A stretch of DNA of 64,000 bases from positions 1 through 64,000 of the forward strand of contig CAWFAK010000016.1 of NCBI GenBank assembly GCA_963813715.1, in the 5' to 3' direction. The stretch is from an uncultured Planctomycetaceae bacterium (GTDB lineage: Bacteria; Planctomycetota; Planctomycetia; Planctomycetales; Planctomycetaceae). The notes beneath the pieces were generated by a model that had not been told where the DNA came from, did not search any database, and saw only the letters and a program-made list of their open reading frames with translations. Every line of letters begins with the position of its first letter. Positions within the stretch are counted from its first letter, which is position 1. Shown one piece after another: positions 46,505-58,087 of the stretch. Both the position numbers and the translations under genes were made by a program.

Positions 46505-46532
46505 CCCGAGCGGGGGGCGTGAGCCCCCCGAG
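46505..46532 (+). repeat. REP-like palindrome, copy 1
   Basis: CCCGAG-CGGGGGGC-GTGA-GCCCCCCG-AG, a perfect 8-bp stem. Confidence 0.85.
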
Positions 46533-46576
46533 ACGACGAAGCCGCGACCGATTTGCAGCTGGCAGGTTGACGCGCC

Positions 46577-47109
46577 TCAATCCTCGCCGCGCTCCGCGAT
46601 AGACACGACGAGCGCCCCGGCTGCTCGCGCACATACTTCACTGCAGCCTCAACCGCGCGTGCGTCTTTCAAGCTCCGTCGCGAGGCCGAGGTCGTCCACC
46701 AGCGACCCCCGGCGGGCCGCGCCCAAGCGGCGTTCAGCGCCCGGCTGGCGTAGCTTTTGAACGTTCGCAGAAGATCGGCCGACGTCACTTCATCGTTGGC
46801 GACGACGACCAGGTGCACGTGATTGCGCATCACGGCCGATGCGAGAAGGCGCCAGCCGCGGTACGCGGCCGTTTCGCGAAACTGTGTGGTGATCCGCTCT
46901 GCCTGGGGGAGCGTGAGAAAAATCGGGGAACCGTTGAGCGCAGCTTGCGCTACAGATTCCAGCTCAGGCAGCGGGCCATCATATGGCGTTCCCGGGATGT
47001 TATGCAGGCGTCGTGGACCGGGAACTTCGCGCATTCGAGTGACTGACCCGCGTCTGTCGCCGGGGAGCCAGCTGCCGTATGTCGTCCAGGTGAGGAGCCA
47101 GGCGCGCAT
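46577..47109 (-). mobile_element. HUH/Y1 tyrosine transposase, REP-associated (RAYT/TnpA-REP-like)
   Basis: LLTWTTYGSWLPGD, NHVHLVV (HUH), FKSYASRALN, WWT and VKYVREQ (catalytic Tyr). As sequenced the ORF runs to 46420; one extra G near 46617 would stop it at 46577, just inside REP copy 1. Confidence 0.85.
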
Positions 47110-47170
47110 GGCGGCGACTTTTAGCTAGCGAGTTTTGTCGGTGAACAAAACGCTCAACATTCTGACGACG

Positions 47171-47198
47171 CTCGGGGGGTTGACACCCCCCGCTCGGG
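47171..47198 (-). repeat. REP-like palindrome, copy 2 (inverted relative to copy 1)
   Basis: Reverse complement CCCGAG-CGGGGGGT-GTCA-ACCCCCCG-AG, 25/28 identical to copy 1. Confidence 0.85.
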
Positions 47199-47211
47199 CG
47201 CGCCGGCGCTC

Positions 47212-47643
47212 TCAGGGTCGCTTCGAAGGCGGGCGTTTGAGGCGGGCGGCGCCGGATGCTCCGCCGCGATCTTCCGCGCTGCCGATGATTCGCTCCACGG
47301 CTTCGAGCAGCACGTCCATGGCGAACGGCTTGCGCAGATACTCGTCGACGCCGAGCATTTCGGCGTAGGCCTTGTGCCGGCCTCCTTCGTTGGCGGTGAT
47401 CATGATCACGCGGGGAGGAGACGGCAGGCCGCGGAGGTATTCGAGAATCGGAAAGCCGCCCATTTTCGGCATCATCATGTCGGTGATGATGAGAGCCGGC
47501 GGGTCGCTGTCGATGATTCGCCGCCCTTCGACGCCGTTTTGCGCAGCCGCCACGCGGTAACCGGCCGCCTGCAGCACGCCTTGAATCGTGCTGGAAATTT
47601 CCCGGTCGTCTTCGATCAACAGGATGGACTTGTCGGCGGGCAT
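47212..47643 (-). CDS. Single-domain response regulator (receiver)
   Basis: [26 protein letters not shown] and YLRKPF motifs. Confidence 0.92.
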   Translation of the reverse strand: MPADKSILLIEDDREISSTIQGVLQAAGYRVAAAQNGVEGRRIIDSDPPALIITDMMMPKMGGFPILEYLRGLPSPPRVIMITANEGGRHKAYAEMLGVDEYLRKPFAMDVLLEAVERIIGSAEDRGGASGAARLKRPPSKRP

Positions 47644-47707
47644 GATATTCCCCACGCGTGGGAGGCGGGCTGATCTGGAATCATCGTATGTTTGCCCGCG
47701 AGCGTTC

Positions 47708-49022
47708 TCAAGTCCGCTCGAGCGAGTTGAACACCAGGCCCGACAGCAGCTTCGGATAAAAGTAGGTGCTCTTCGGCGGCATCTTCTCGAACTTCGACGC
47801 GATCGCTTCGACGTGATCGATCCGCGCCGGCGGCACGAGACACGCCAGGTCGCAGCTCTTGGCGGCGATCGCGTCGGTCGCTTCGTCAAGCAGGTGCACG
47901 TACTTGAATTGCGGCGTCGCCTCCGGGTATTCGGCCTTGAGCAAGTGATCGATCACCAGCTTGTGCAACAGGCTCACGCCCAACTCGCGCCACGCCTGGC
48001 TCTGGTCGGCCGCCAGCTTGCGCCATCGGCGACGCGTCAAGGACGCGGGCGAACGACCAGATGCCGTCGGCCGCAGTGCCGAAACCGAACACATCTTGCT
48101 GATCCTCCAACTCCACTCGCTCCCACACGCGGCGGGCCGCTTCGGGGCCCTGGCCCATCGCCTCGACTTCCAGGTTGGACGACAGGGCGCGGGCCACATC
48201 GTCGGCCGACAGATTCGGAAAGCCGGACACGAGCCGGTGCGTCGGCAGGATAGCCAGGCCCGGATCGCTCATGCCGACCAGCATCATCAGCACGAAGTTG
48301 GACGGATCGGATTCGCCCCGGTGCTGTCCCTGCTCGATCAGCCAGTTGCGATAGGTGTTGGCCGTTTCGTAGCGATGATGGCCGTCGGCGATGAACACGG
48401 GGGCCGACCGCATCAGAGAGCGAACCTCGTTGATCGCCGACACGTGCGTCAACGGCCACAGGCGATGAATCACACCCAGGTGATCGATGGCCACGAGAGG
48501 CGTCATTCCTTGAATGGCCGCGTCCAAGTTTTCGTTCACGTCGCCGTCGGGATCGGGATAAAGGCCGAAGACCGGCGAGAGGTTCATCTTGCACGCTTTG
48601 GTGAGCGCCAGGCGATCGGCCTTGGGTCCCGACAACGTCTGCTCGTGCGGATAGATGCGGCCCTTGCCGAATTCCTCCAGGCGCACGCGGCCCAAAAAGC
48701 CCTTGCGGACGTAGCGGCGACCCTCCCAGTCGAATTCCTGGTGGTAAACGTAGAGCGCGTCCTCATGCTCCTGGATGAGGATCCCTTCAGACTGCCAATG
48801 GCGGAGGAACTTCGCGGCCCGCTGGTAGCGGATTTGGGGATCGGTGTCGCCCGGCTCGTCGCGGTTCAGGATCAGGCGGATCACGTTGCAGGGATGCCGC
48901 TCGTACAGATCTCGCTGCTGGTCGGGACTGATCACGTCGTAAGGCGGGGCCGTCACGTCGGACAGATCGCCGACCTGGCCCAGATCGTAGCGCCAGCCCT
49001 GAAACGGATGCACGTCAGCCAT
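47708..49022 (-). CDS. DUF1015-family protein; frameshift near 48020
   Basis: [16 protein letters not shown] and [12 protein letters not shown], with the C-terminal [17 protein letters not shown] in another frame. Confidence 0.88.
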
Positions 49023-49055
49023 CGATGCTCCTCATCTGATTTCGCGGTCGAGCGC

Positions 49056-49753
49056 TCAAGCCACGGGGCTCGGCCGCCCGCGCTCTAATTCGGCGAAGGC
49101 CCGGCGCGCCTCGAGAATGAATCGCGCGACCTTGTCGACGTCCTTGATTCCCGGCGACGATTCGACTCCGCTGGCTACGTCGACGCCCCACGGCCGCACC
49201 GTGGTAATGCCCTCGGCCACGTTTTCGGGACGCAGGCCGCCGGCCAGAATCAGCGGCGGCCACTCCTGGTGGCGATACTCGTCGCGCAGCACGTGCCACG
49301 GAGGCGATTGCCCCGTCCCGCCGTACATGCCCTTCACGAGCGCGTCGGCCAGGCAGGCGTCGGCAATCCATTCGCTCGGCTTGTGGTCCTTGAGATACGT
49401 CTTGAGGTGCGTGAGGCCGGCCAGCCCACCTGAAAGCCGCAAATCCGCCGCGTCACCGGTCCGGCGTCGAGTGCGATCTCGGCCAGGGCGTGTTCCTCAT
49501 CCGCCGAGTGGATCTGCACGCCACTCAAGCCGCATTCGACGACAGTGCGGCGGAGTTCGTCGGCCGACGGTTCCACAAACACGCCGATCCGCTCGATCTG
49601 CGGGCCGACCGCGTTAGCGATCTGACGGGCTGCCGCCACGGAGACGAACCGCGGGCTTTTCGCATAAAAATTCAGTCCGATGGCGTCGGGACGCAGCGCG
49701 GCGATGGCCCGCGCCTGGTTCGGCTCGGTCAGTCCGCAGATTTTGATCCACAT
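49056..49753 (-). CDS. trpF: Phosphoribosylanthranilate isomerase; frameshift near 49441
   Basis: MWIKICGL, IGLNFYAKSPR, GVFV and VQIH, then YGGTG, ILAGGLRPENV and GVDVASGVE in the next frame. Confidence 0.92.
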
Positions 49754-49875
49754 GGCTGGAACGTACAAAACTTGGCGGTCACTGGCCAGTCTGTTCGTTG
49801 GCCCCGCTCGTTGGCTGGGGCGCACGCCGCATGTTATGATGTGGTTCCACCCACTCCCCACTTGGAGCCCGCCGC

Positions 49876-51183
<1,308 letters not shown>

Positions 51184-51217
51184 CCGCGAGTCTGGTAAGA
51201 GCGACTCGCCCTGGCAC

Positions 51218-52669
51218 TTATAGGTGGCCGGCGGGCCGCACGTTCTTGCCCTTGCGGCCGGTCAGGCTGTCGCCGAGATCTTCGCGCGCCGCCTCGCCCA
51301 ACTTTTCCAGCCGGGCGACGACCTCGGGATGCTCGGCGGCCACATCGTGCTGCTCCCCAATGTCCGTTTCCAGATTGAACAGCGACAGCGGCGTTGTGCG
51401 GTCGACGTAGGGCGCGGGTTTGCCGCCGTGGCCTCCCTCGCCTTTCAAGCTGCGATACGTGTGGGGGAAGTGAAGCTTCCAGGGCCCGCTGCGGACCGCC
51501 TGCAGCTCCTGGTTCCAGTAATAGTAGTACGCCTCGTGCGGGCACTTGGCTCCCGCCTCGCCGAATAGCAGCGGGCGGATATCTTTGCCGTCGATGATGT
51601 GATCGGAGGGGACTTCCGCTCCGGCCAGGGCGGCGAACGTGGGCAAGATGTCGATGGTCGCCGCCAGCTCGGTGCATGTGGTGCCAGCTGGGATTTTCCC
51701 GGTCCAGCGCATCACGCAGGGTTCGCGCACGCCCCCCTCCCAGGCCGTCCCTTTGCCCTCGCGGAGCGGGCCGGCTGAGCCGGCGTGGTCACCATAGGAG
51801 AGCCATGGGCCGTTATCCGACGCGAAAATCACGAGCGTTCGCTCATTTAAATGATGCCGGTCGAGGGCGGCCAGAATCTGCCCGACCGACCAGTCGATCT
51901 CCTCGATCACGTCTCCGTAGATCCCGCGTTCCGATTTGCCGCGGAACTTTTCGCTCACGCCCAGCGGCACGTGGGGCATCGTTTGGGCGACGTAGAGAAA
52001 GAACGGCTCCTCATGGTGCGTGTCGATGAAGTGGACCGCCCGCTCGGTGTAGCGGGTCGTCAATTGCGACATGTCGGGATTGGTTTCGACGACGCGGTCG
52101 CCGTCGATCAGGGGCAGCGGCGGGTTGCCGGAAACGCCCCGCTCTTTCTGACCCGGCCGCGGGCCCATGTCGTTGGAGTACGGCAGGCCGAAATATTCGT
52201 CGAAGCCGTGGTGCGTGGGGAGAAACTTCTCGTGGTGGCCGAGGTGCCACTTGCCGAAGATGGCCGAATGATAGCCGAGCGGCTTGAGCACCTGGGCGAT
52301 GGTGTGTTCGCTGTCGCTGATACCGTGGTTCGTCCGCGGGCTGAGCGCCCCCAGAATGCCGACTCGGTTCGGATAGCAGCCGGTCAGAAGGGCCGTCCGC
52401 GATGCCGAGCAAACACCCTGAGCGACGCAAAAGCTTGTGAAGCGGCGGCCGTCGTGCGCCATGCCGTCGAGATTCGGCGTCTGGATTCCCTTCGCTCCGA
52501 AGCATCCGAGGTCTGCGTAGCCGGCGTCGTCGGCGTAAACGATGACGAAGTTGGGACGCGAGACGGCGGCTTTCTCTTGACCGCGGCACGAGTTCGCGTC
52601 GAAAAGACCGCAGAGAACCAGGGCAACCGCAGCGGCTGACAACCGATACACAGAGTTCGACGAATTCAA
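51218..52669 (-). CDS. Exported formylglycine-dependent sulfatase (S1, arylsulfatase A-like)
   Basis: [32 protein letters not shown] and EGGVREP motifs. TTG start chosen from an upstream AAGGAG. Confidence 0.92.
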   Translation of the reverse strand: MNSSNSVYRLSAAAVALVLCGLFDANSCRGQEKAAVSRPNFVIVYADDAGYADLGCFGAKGIQTPNLDGMAHDGRRFTSFCVAQGVCSASRTALLTGCYPNRVGILGALSPRTNHGISDSEHTIAQVLKPLGYHSAIFGKWHLGHHEKFLPTHHGFDEYFGLPYSNDMGPRPGQKERGVSGNPPLPLIDGDRVVETNPDMSQLTTRYTERAVHFIDTHHEEPFFLYVAQTMPHVPLGVSEKFRGKSERGIYGDVIEEIDWSVGQILAALDRHHLNERTLVIFASDNGPWLSYGDHAGSAGPLREGKGTAWEGGVREPCVMRWTGKIPAGTTCTELAATIDILPTFAALAGAEVPSDHIIDGKDIRPLLFGEAGAKCPHEAYYYYWNQELQAVRSGPWKLHFPHTYRSLKGEGGHGGKPAPYVDRTTPLSLFNLETDIGEQHDVAAEHPEVVARLEKLGEAAREDLGDSLTGRKGKNVRPAGHL

Positions 52670-52860
52670 GGTGCGCTCCTTGGAAAGATTGTCCCGTTCG
52701 CGTGCCGTCATCTTACGGCGCGAGCCCACAGAAATGCAGCGAAACTGGGGTTTGGCGGCGCCGGACTTGGATTTAAGATTCCGGGCGCTGGGCGCGGGCT
52801 GGAATGTGCCTGAGCGCGTGAGAGAATTCGTGAGAGCCAGACATAAAAGAGAAAAGAAAA

Positions 52861-52885
52861 CCGGCGGGCTGACACCCGCCGCTCG
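52861..52885 (-). repeat. REP-like palindrome, copy 3 (dispersed)
   Basis: Reverse complement CGAG-CGGCGGGT-GTCA-GCCCGCCG-G has the same leader, stem length and loop as copy 2. It is intergenic. Confidence 0.75.
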
Positions 52886-52899
52886 CCAGGCGGTCAACT

Positions 52900-53757
52900 G
52901 TGCAGCCGATTGATCACCGTCCGTCGAAGCCAACGCTCCGTCGCGCGGTGTGTGAGCATTATCGTGCGGTGGCAGTCGGTGAATTCACGGCCGCTGAAGT
53001 AACGTGTCTGGCGGCCGCGCCGGAGCAGATCGTCAATGATCTGCGGGCACTCGTTGTCAAGCGGGGGCGTTCGGCGCTCGTCGTGCGGACGGACCTGACG
53101 ATCGGCGGCAGCCCGACGACCGTGGCTTACAAGCGTTGCGGTAGCCGCACGCGTTTGCGGCAATTTGTCCGCGGCGTGCGGACGTCGGCGGCACTGCGCA
53201 ACTTTCGCCTCGGGCACCGGCTTTTGCAATTGGGAATCGCCACGCCGCGACCGGTGATTGCCGTCTCGCCGCGGTGGCATCAGATCCTTTGTCCTTCTTA
53301 TCTGGCGACGGAGTGGATCGAGGAGGCCGTCCCTCTCGATGCCTTCGCGCGGCGGGTGGCGGCATGGCCGGCGGCTCGACAGCGCAGGGCGCTCTGCGAC
53401 GCTGCCGGGCGCTTGGGTCGATTGATCGGCACGCTGCATGCGCAGGGCATTGCGCACCGCGATCTTAAGTCAGCGAACTTGATTGTTCGCGAGCGGGACG
53501 GCGGAGTCCAAGTCTTCCTGGTCGATCTGGACGGCGCGTCGCGCTTGGGCGTGCGCGCCGACGCCGTGCGGCTCAAGAACCTCGCACGATTGCACGCCGC
53601 GACCAATCGGATGGTGGGCGTTACACCGAGCTTGCGTTGCCGTTTTTTGCTCGCGTATCTGGCGGTCTTCAGCAATTCCTCGGACTGGAAAGCCGTCTGG
53701 AGGCAACTGGGGAAAGCCTCTAGAATCCCACCCCGGTCGCTACGTCGGGCCGGTTGA
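52900..53757 (+). CDS. Lipopolysaccharide kinase-like protein (Kdo/WaaP/InaA family)
   Basis: [37 protein letters not shown] and KNLARL motifs. The start is uncertain. Confidence 0.8.
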   Translation: MQPIDHRPSKPTLRRAVCEHYRAVAVGEFTAAEVTCLAAAPEQIVNDLRALVVKRGRSALVVRTDLTIGGSPTTVAYKRCGSRTRLRQFVRGVRTSAALRNFRLGHRLLQLGIATPRPVIAVSPRWHQILCPSYLATEWIEEAVPLDAFARRVAAWPAARQRRALCDAAGRLGRLIGTLHAQGIAHRDLKSANLIVRERDGGVQVFLVDLDGASRLGVRADAVRLKNLARLHAATNRMVGVTPSLRCRFLLAYLAVFSNSSDWKAVWRQLGKASRIPPRSLRRAG

Positions 53758-53782
53758 TTTCATCAATACGGGCGGACGCAGT

Positions 53783-54477
53783 ATGCACGCCGATTGGGCC
53801 ATCGAGCGGGTCGCCGACACAGCCGCATCGCGCGGTTGGCGGCAGCGACGCGCGACCCGCAGCGTGTGCCGGGCCCTATCCCGCGTGCCGGCCGGTGCCC
53901 CCGTGCTCGACCTCCCCTGCGAAGGCGGATGCTGGCTCGAGCTGTTTGCTCGCCGCGGCTTTCAGGTGACGTGTGCCGATCCGTCCGAGAGCGCGCTCGA
54001 CGGTGCGTCGCGTCGCTGGCACGAAATCGCGCAGTCCAGTCGCGTCAATTCGCCGGAGCCGACGTTCGTCCGCGTCGACCCTCTCCAGACCGGTTTTCCG
54101 TCGCGCCATTTTGCGGCCGTCGTCTGCACCGACTTTTTCGATCGGCAGGGGACGAGCGAGCTGCGGATCGAAGCGCTGCGGGAGTTGCGGCGGATCAGTC
54201 GCGGACCGGTCGTGGTTTCGTTTTGCAATGCCTTTGCGCTCGGCTCGCTGCCGCTGGGAATGAGGCGACAGCGGGCGGCCAAGGGTGCGCGTCGCACGTT
54301 CCCGTGCCGGTGTGGGCCTTCTTGAACGATCTGCGGCGGGCCGGGCTCAACCCGATTGCCCGACACGCCGTGTTGTGGGGGATTTCGCCGCTGTGGCACA
54401 TCGTCAGCGTGCCGGCGAGCGGCCGTGTGGACGGCTGGCTCGGCACGCCGCGGACGGAACGCACCAAGGCCGCCTGA
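53783..54477 (+). CDS. Class I SAM-dependent methyltransferase; frameshift near 54290
   Basis: VLDLPCEGG, VTCADPSESAL, FAAVVC and ALRELRRIS, with the C-terminus in ORF 53794..54477. Confidence 0.7.
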
Positions 54478-54549
54478 GGTAGGGCCGGCTTTCGATCGGC
54501 AGGCGGGTCGCCAGCGCATTCTTATAGGGACCAAACGCGGGTCATGTGA

Positions 54550-55556
54550 ATGAAGATCGCTTTTCTCAGCACGCGGCCGTCGAAACCGAGTTACCGGTTT
54601 CGCATTGAGCAGATGGTGCCCTACTTCACGGCCCGACGCCATCAGTGCGACACATTCTTCTTGCCGTCCAATGCCTGGGGGCGGCTGTTGCTCTATCGCA
54701 AGCTGGCCCCGTACGACGCGGTCGTGCTGCAAAAGCGACTGTTGAGTCGCGTCGAGTTGTTCGTGTTGCGGAACCGTGTGCAACGCCTGATCTACGACGT
54801 CGACGATGCCGTGATGTACACGTCCAAGCGGCGACGATCATTCGCGGCGTCGGGGTCGCTTCACAGCCATGATGCGGGCGGCCGACCTGGTCGTCTGCGG
54901 CAACAAGTTCCTGGCCGAAGAGGCCGCCCGCGACAGCGAACCGCATTCTCGTCGTGCCCACGTGCATCAATACCGACGCCTATCGCCCCGGCTTGCGAGT
55001 CGAACGGCCGCAGACGCTGACCGTCGGCTGGACGGGCAGCCGCAGCACGAACGCGTATCTCAACGACATCTTTCCCGCGTTGGCACAGCTGCATGGTCCG
55101 GTGCAGGTGAAGATCATTTCAGACACGGCCGAGGGTTTCGATTTTTCGCGACTCGGGCGCGTGCCGCACGTCTTCGTGCCGTGGAATCCGAAAACAGAAA
55201 TCGCCGAGACGGCGTCGTTCGACGTCGGGCTGATGCCGTTGCCCGACAATCGCTGGACGCAGGGCAAGTGCGGCTTCAAGGCGCTGCAGTATCTTTCGCT
55301 GGGAATTCCCGCCGTCTGCAGCCCGGTCGGCGTAAATCGCGACATTATTCATGACGGCGTCGACGGTTTCTTTGCCGAGCGTCTCCCGGATTGGTTTCCG
55401 GTGGTCGCACGGCTGCTGAAGGATTCGTTTTTGCGAGAGACGATCGGCCGCGCCGGGCGACGCCGCGTCGAGAAAGCCTTTTCCCTTGCGACGCACGGGC
55501 CCCGCCTGGTGCAGGCCATCGAGCAGGCCGGCAGTCCGCTGCGGAAAACGGCCTGA
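54550..55556 (+). CDS. GT4 glycosyltransferase; two frameshifts (~54826, ~54938)
   Basis: SYRFRI, YDVDDAV, VVCGNKFL, VGWTGS, FDVGLMPL and GKCGFKALQY..CSPVGVN motifs across three frames. Confidence 0.85.
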
Positions 55557-55802
55557 CCAGCGGTGTCAGCGTGCCGCGACGGGATCGGTCGTGCGGACGC
55601 GGCACACTACCCGTTCGTGCGGTGTCGTCCGAACAACCGAAACAGACCGCCCGCTTTTCCGGCACCGGCGTTCGACGAATCGCCTGGGACTCATTCCTGG
55701 CCGCCGGTCGGTCGAAAAGCATCTTGCATCGGGCCCGGCCGCCCCGCGCGCCGCGGTGCGCGCTGACTTTCCTTTCCTCCGCTGCCGGCACGATCGTGCA
55801 CG

Positions 55803-56965
55803 ATGGATCCCAAACGCGGTCATTTTGTCAGCCTGGGCGGTGCCATCGTCGGATTCGGCATCGTCATGGTGTATAGCGCTAGCATCACCTCCTGGCCGAC
55901 CGAATTCGAGCGGATTTACGTCTCGCGGCAGCTGGAGGCGCTGGCCCTCGGTGTCATCTTCGCCACGGTCTGCGGTTTGATGCCCGCGCGGTTCTGGCGT
56001 GCGGCCGCGCCCTATTTGTTGGCCCTGACAGTCGCGCTCCTGGCCGCGGTCCTCGTGCCGAAAATCGGCACCCGCGTGAATGGAGCCCGACGGTGGCTGC
56101 GTTACGGCGGCCTGCAGTTCCAACCCTCGGAACTGGCCAAGATCGCGCTCGTGCTCTATCTGAGTCGGCAGGCCGAGTTCTTCCACTCGCGGCGCCAGCA
56201 GGCCGCCGGAAATCTGGCCCTCGGCTGGAAACAACTGGCGGCACTCGTCGCTCCGATCGCCGTGACGGCTGGCCTGGTGCTGGCCGAGCCCGACTTGGGG
56301 ACCTGCGTCTTCTTGGTGCTGATCGGCGGAATGACCCTGTTCGTGGCCGGCTTGCCGACGCGCTATTTCCTGGCAGCCGGCGCCGCTGCGATCCCGGCGG
56401 CCGGACTGATGGCTCTGCTTCGTCCGTACCAGGTGCGGCGTCTGACCGATTTTCTCGCCGTCTGGTCGGACTGGTCTCAGGTCCCTTACCAGCTGGACCA
56501 ATCGCTCGTCTCGATGGGCAGCGGCGGGCTGCTCGGCGTTGGGCTGGGCAAGGGCTGGCAGAAACTAAGCTTTCTCCCCGAGGCGAATACCGACTTCGTC
56601 TTTGCTGTCGTCGGCGAAGAGCTGGGGCTCGTGGGCACGCTCGGGCTCACGATGCTGTTTGCTGCCCTGTATTGGGCCGGCTTACGCGCCCTGCGTGACG
56701 TGCGCAACAATCGCTTCGCCTCGACGGCCGGCTTCGTCCTGCTGACCCAACTGGTGTTGCAAGCGCTGGCCAACGCCGCCGTCGTGACGGCCCTGATTCC
56801 GCCGAAGGGCATTCCGCTGCCGCTGGTCAGTTACGGCGGCAGCGCGATGGTGACGAGCCTGGGCTGCCTGGGCATCATTTGCAGCCTCTCGCGCTCTGAC
56901 AGCGGCGCAAAGCAGATCGCTCCGCCGCGCCGGCCGGTCCGCCCGCGCAAATCGAAGCGGCATAG
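55803..56965 (+). CDS. ftsW: SEDS peptidoglycan glycosyltransferase FtsW/RodA
   Basis: MVYSAS, NGARRW, QPSELAK, EPDLGT, FLPEANTDF, GEELG and LPLVSYGGS motifs. The ORF reads on to 57257 into the opposing gene; a one-base shift would stop it at TAG 56963-56965. Confidence 0.88.
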
Positions 56966-56974
56966 ATCCCACGC

Positions 56975-57574
56975 TCAGCCGGTCGTCTGCTCGCGCGGAG
57001 CCGGCGTCTTTGCCGGCTGTCCGCTCTCGGCCTCGACGTACTGCCGAAATTCGGTCACTAACTCGTCCATGCGATCGCAGACTTGCGCCCAGCTGCCGAA
57101 GGGGAATGGTCCGTTACGCAACTGGGCGACCAAACGCCCGAAGCTCGCCACCAGCGACCGTCCTCGTTCGTCCACTTGCTCGGAAACGCGTTCAGGCGAT
57201 TGCTCCCGCGAGCTGCGGGCCGCAGTCGGCTCCGGTTGGTGCAGATCCTCGAATTGATCGACGAGGGCCTGATACAGCACCGACAGGCGGTTGGCCAACT
57301 CTTCGCTGCGCGAGATGTCGACGTCCTGCAGGCCGTGGCACCACTGCGACAGTTCAACCACTTCGGCAAACAGGGCATGCTCGGTAATGTCGGTCGATGC
57401 GGAGTCGGCGCCTGCGGAGTTGGAAGCCGAGCCCGACGGCATGCTTCTGGCCACATCGGCCACGGCGCGGACCATTGGCTGGCCGCAGCAATCGGGAGCC
57501 GGTCCGCCGTGCGGCTCGTAAGCCACGCGCCCGCAGGTCAAACAATGAAACAAATCCGCCTGTTGAACCGTCAT
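56975..57574 (-). CDS. Hypothetical protein with desulforedoxin-like CxxC...CC N-terminus and helical C-domain
   Basis: FHCLTCGRV-x10-CCGQPM. An AAGGAGG RBS-like sequence lies upstream. Confidence 0.7.
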   Translation of the reverse strand: MTVQQADLFHCLTCGRVAYEPHGGPAPDCCGQPMVRAVADVARSMPSGSASNSAGADSASTDITEHALFAEVVELSQWCHGLQDVDISRSEELANRLSVLYQALVDQFEDLHQPEPTAARSSREQSPERVSEQVDERGRSLVASFGRLVAQLRNGPFPFGSWAQVCDRMDELVTEFRQYVEAESGQPAKTPAPREQTTG

Positions 57575-57813
57575 GGAAAGCGCCTCCTTACGAGTTCAAC
57601 GCAAACCGTGCGCCGGGAGCGGATAATTACTCACTCGGTCACGAATCAATCCTGCAGATTATGTACCGCATGTTCCGGATTCAATCCCAGAATCGAGCCT
57701 GCAACTTTTGTTGAGCAGACTCACCCTGAGAATGCCGTGTACCAAAAAGAGCGGAGACCGCTGAGAGCGAAATGGCGCCGAGCGAAGCTGCCGAACGTCA
57801 AAAAACTGCCTGC

Positions 57814-57842
57814 TTGTCCGCGGTCTCGCCCATGGATAGGAT
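57814..57842 (+). promoter_or_regulatory. Sigma70-like promoter upstream of the putative 6S RNA
   Basis: TTGTCC-17 nt-TAGGAT. Confidence 0.6.
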
Positions 57843-57866
57843 GGGGGCGCAGTCCACTGGATCTGC

Positions 57867-58063
57867 AAAAACCTCTGCCCATGTTCGAATCAGGGACCAA
57901 TGTGTTGACCCTACAATAATGAACCAGGGAACCTCGCTGAGTTCCGGCCGCGTGTATTACCGAATTTAGCTTCGGCTCACACAACCCGGGACAGAGCTTC
58001 CCACGTTGCACTTACGGGTTCAAAAACACGTTCACCCCGGACGGCATTACGGCGGAGGTTTTT
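57867..58063 (+). ncRNA. ssrS: Probable 6S RNA
   Basis: A ~197-nt rod: termini AAAAACCTCTGCC / GGCGGAGGTTTTT pair, TTGACCC pairs with GGGTTCAA, and GGGAACCT pairs with AGCTTCCC. An A-rich unpaired bubble (TACAATAATGAACC) lies between, and the 3' strand carries CCCAC...GGGTTCAA. Confidence 0.78.
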
Positions 58064-58087
58064 TTTCTTTAACGAGTTGACGCACGC

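Noticed and set aside
46505..47198. Classical IS with terminal inverted repeats, or IS605 with tnpB
   Set aside because: The enzyme is HUH rather than DDE, there is no tnpB, and no target-site duplication is evident. The repeats are self-palindromic and also occur away from the gene.
54478..55614. GTAG-led imperfect palindromes on each side of the GT4 gene (54479 +, ~55610 -)
   Set aside because: The stems are weak, and the two do not resemble each other or the CGAG family. They cannot be supported as REPs from this window.
56966..57257. C-terminal extension of FtsW overlapping the opposite gene
   Set aside because: It is probably read-through from an indel. The SEDS domain ends near 56900 and a stop exists in the adjacent frame.
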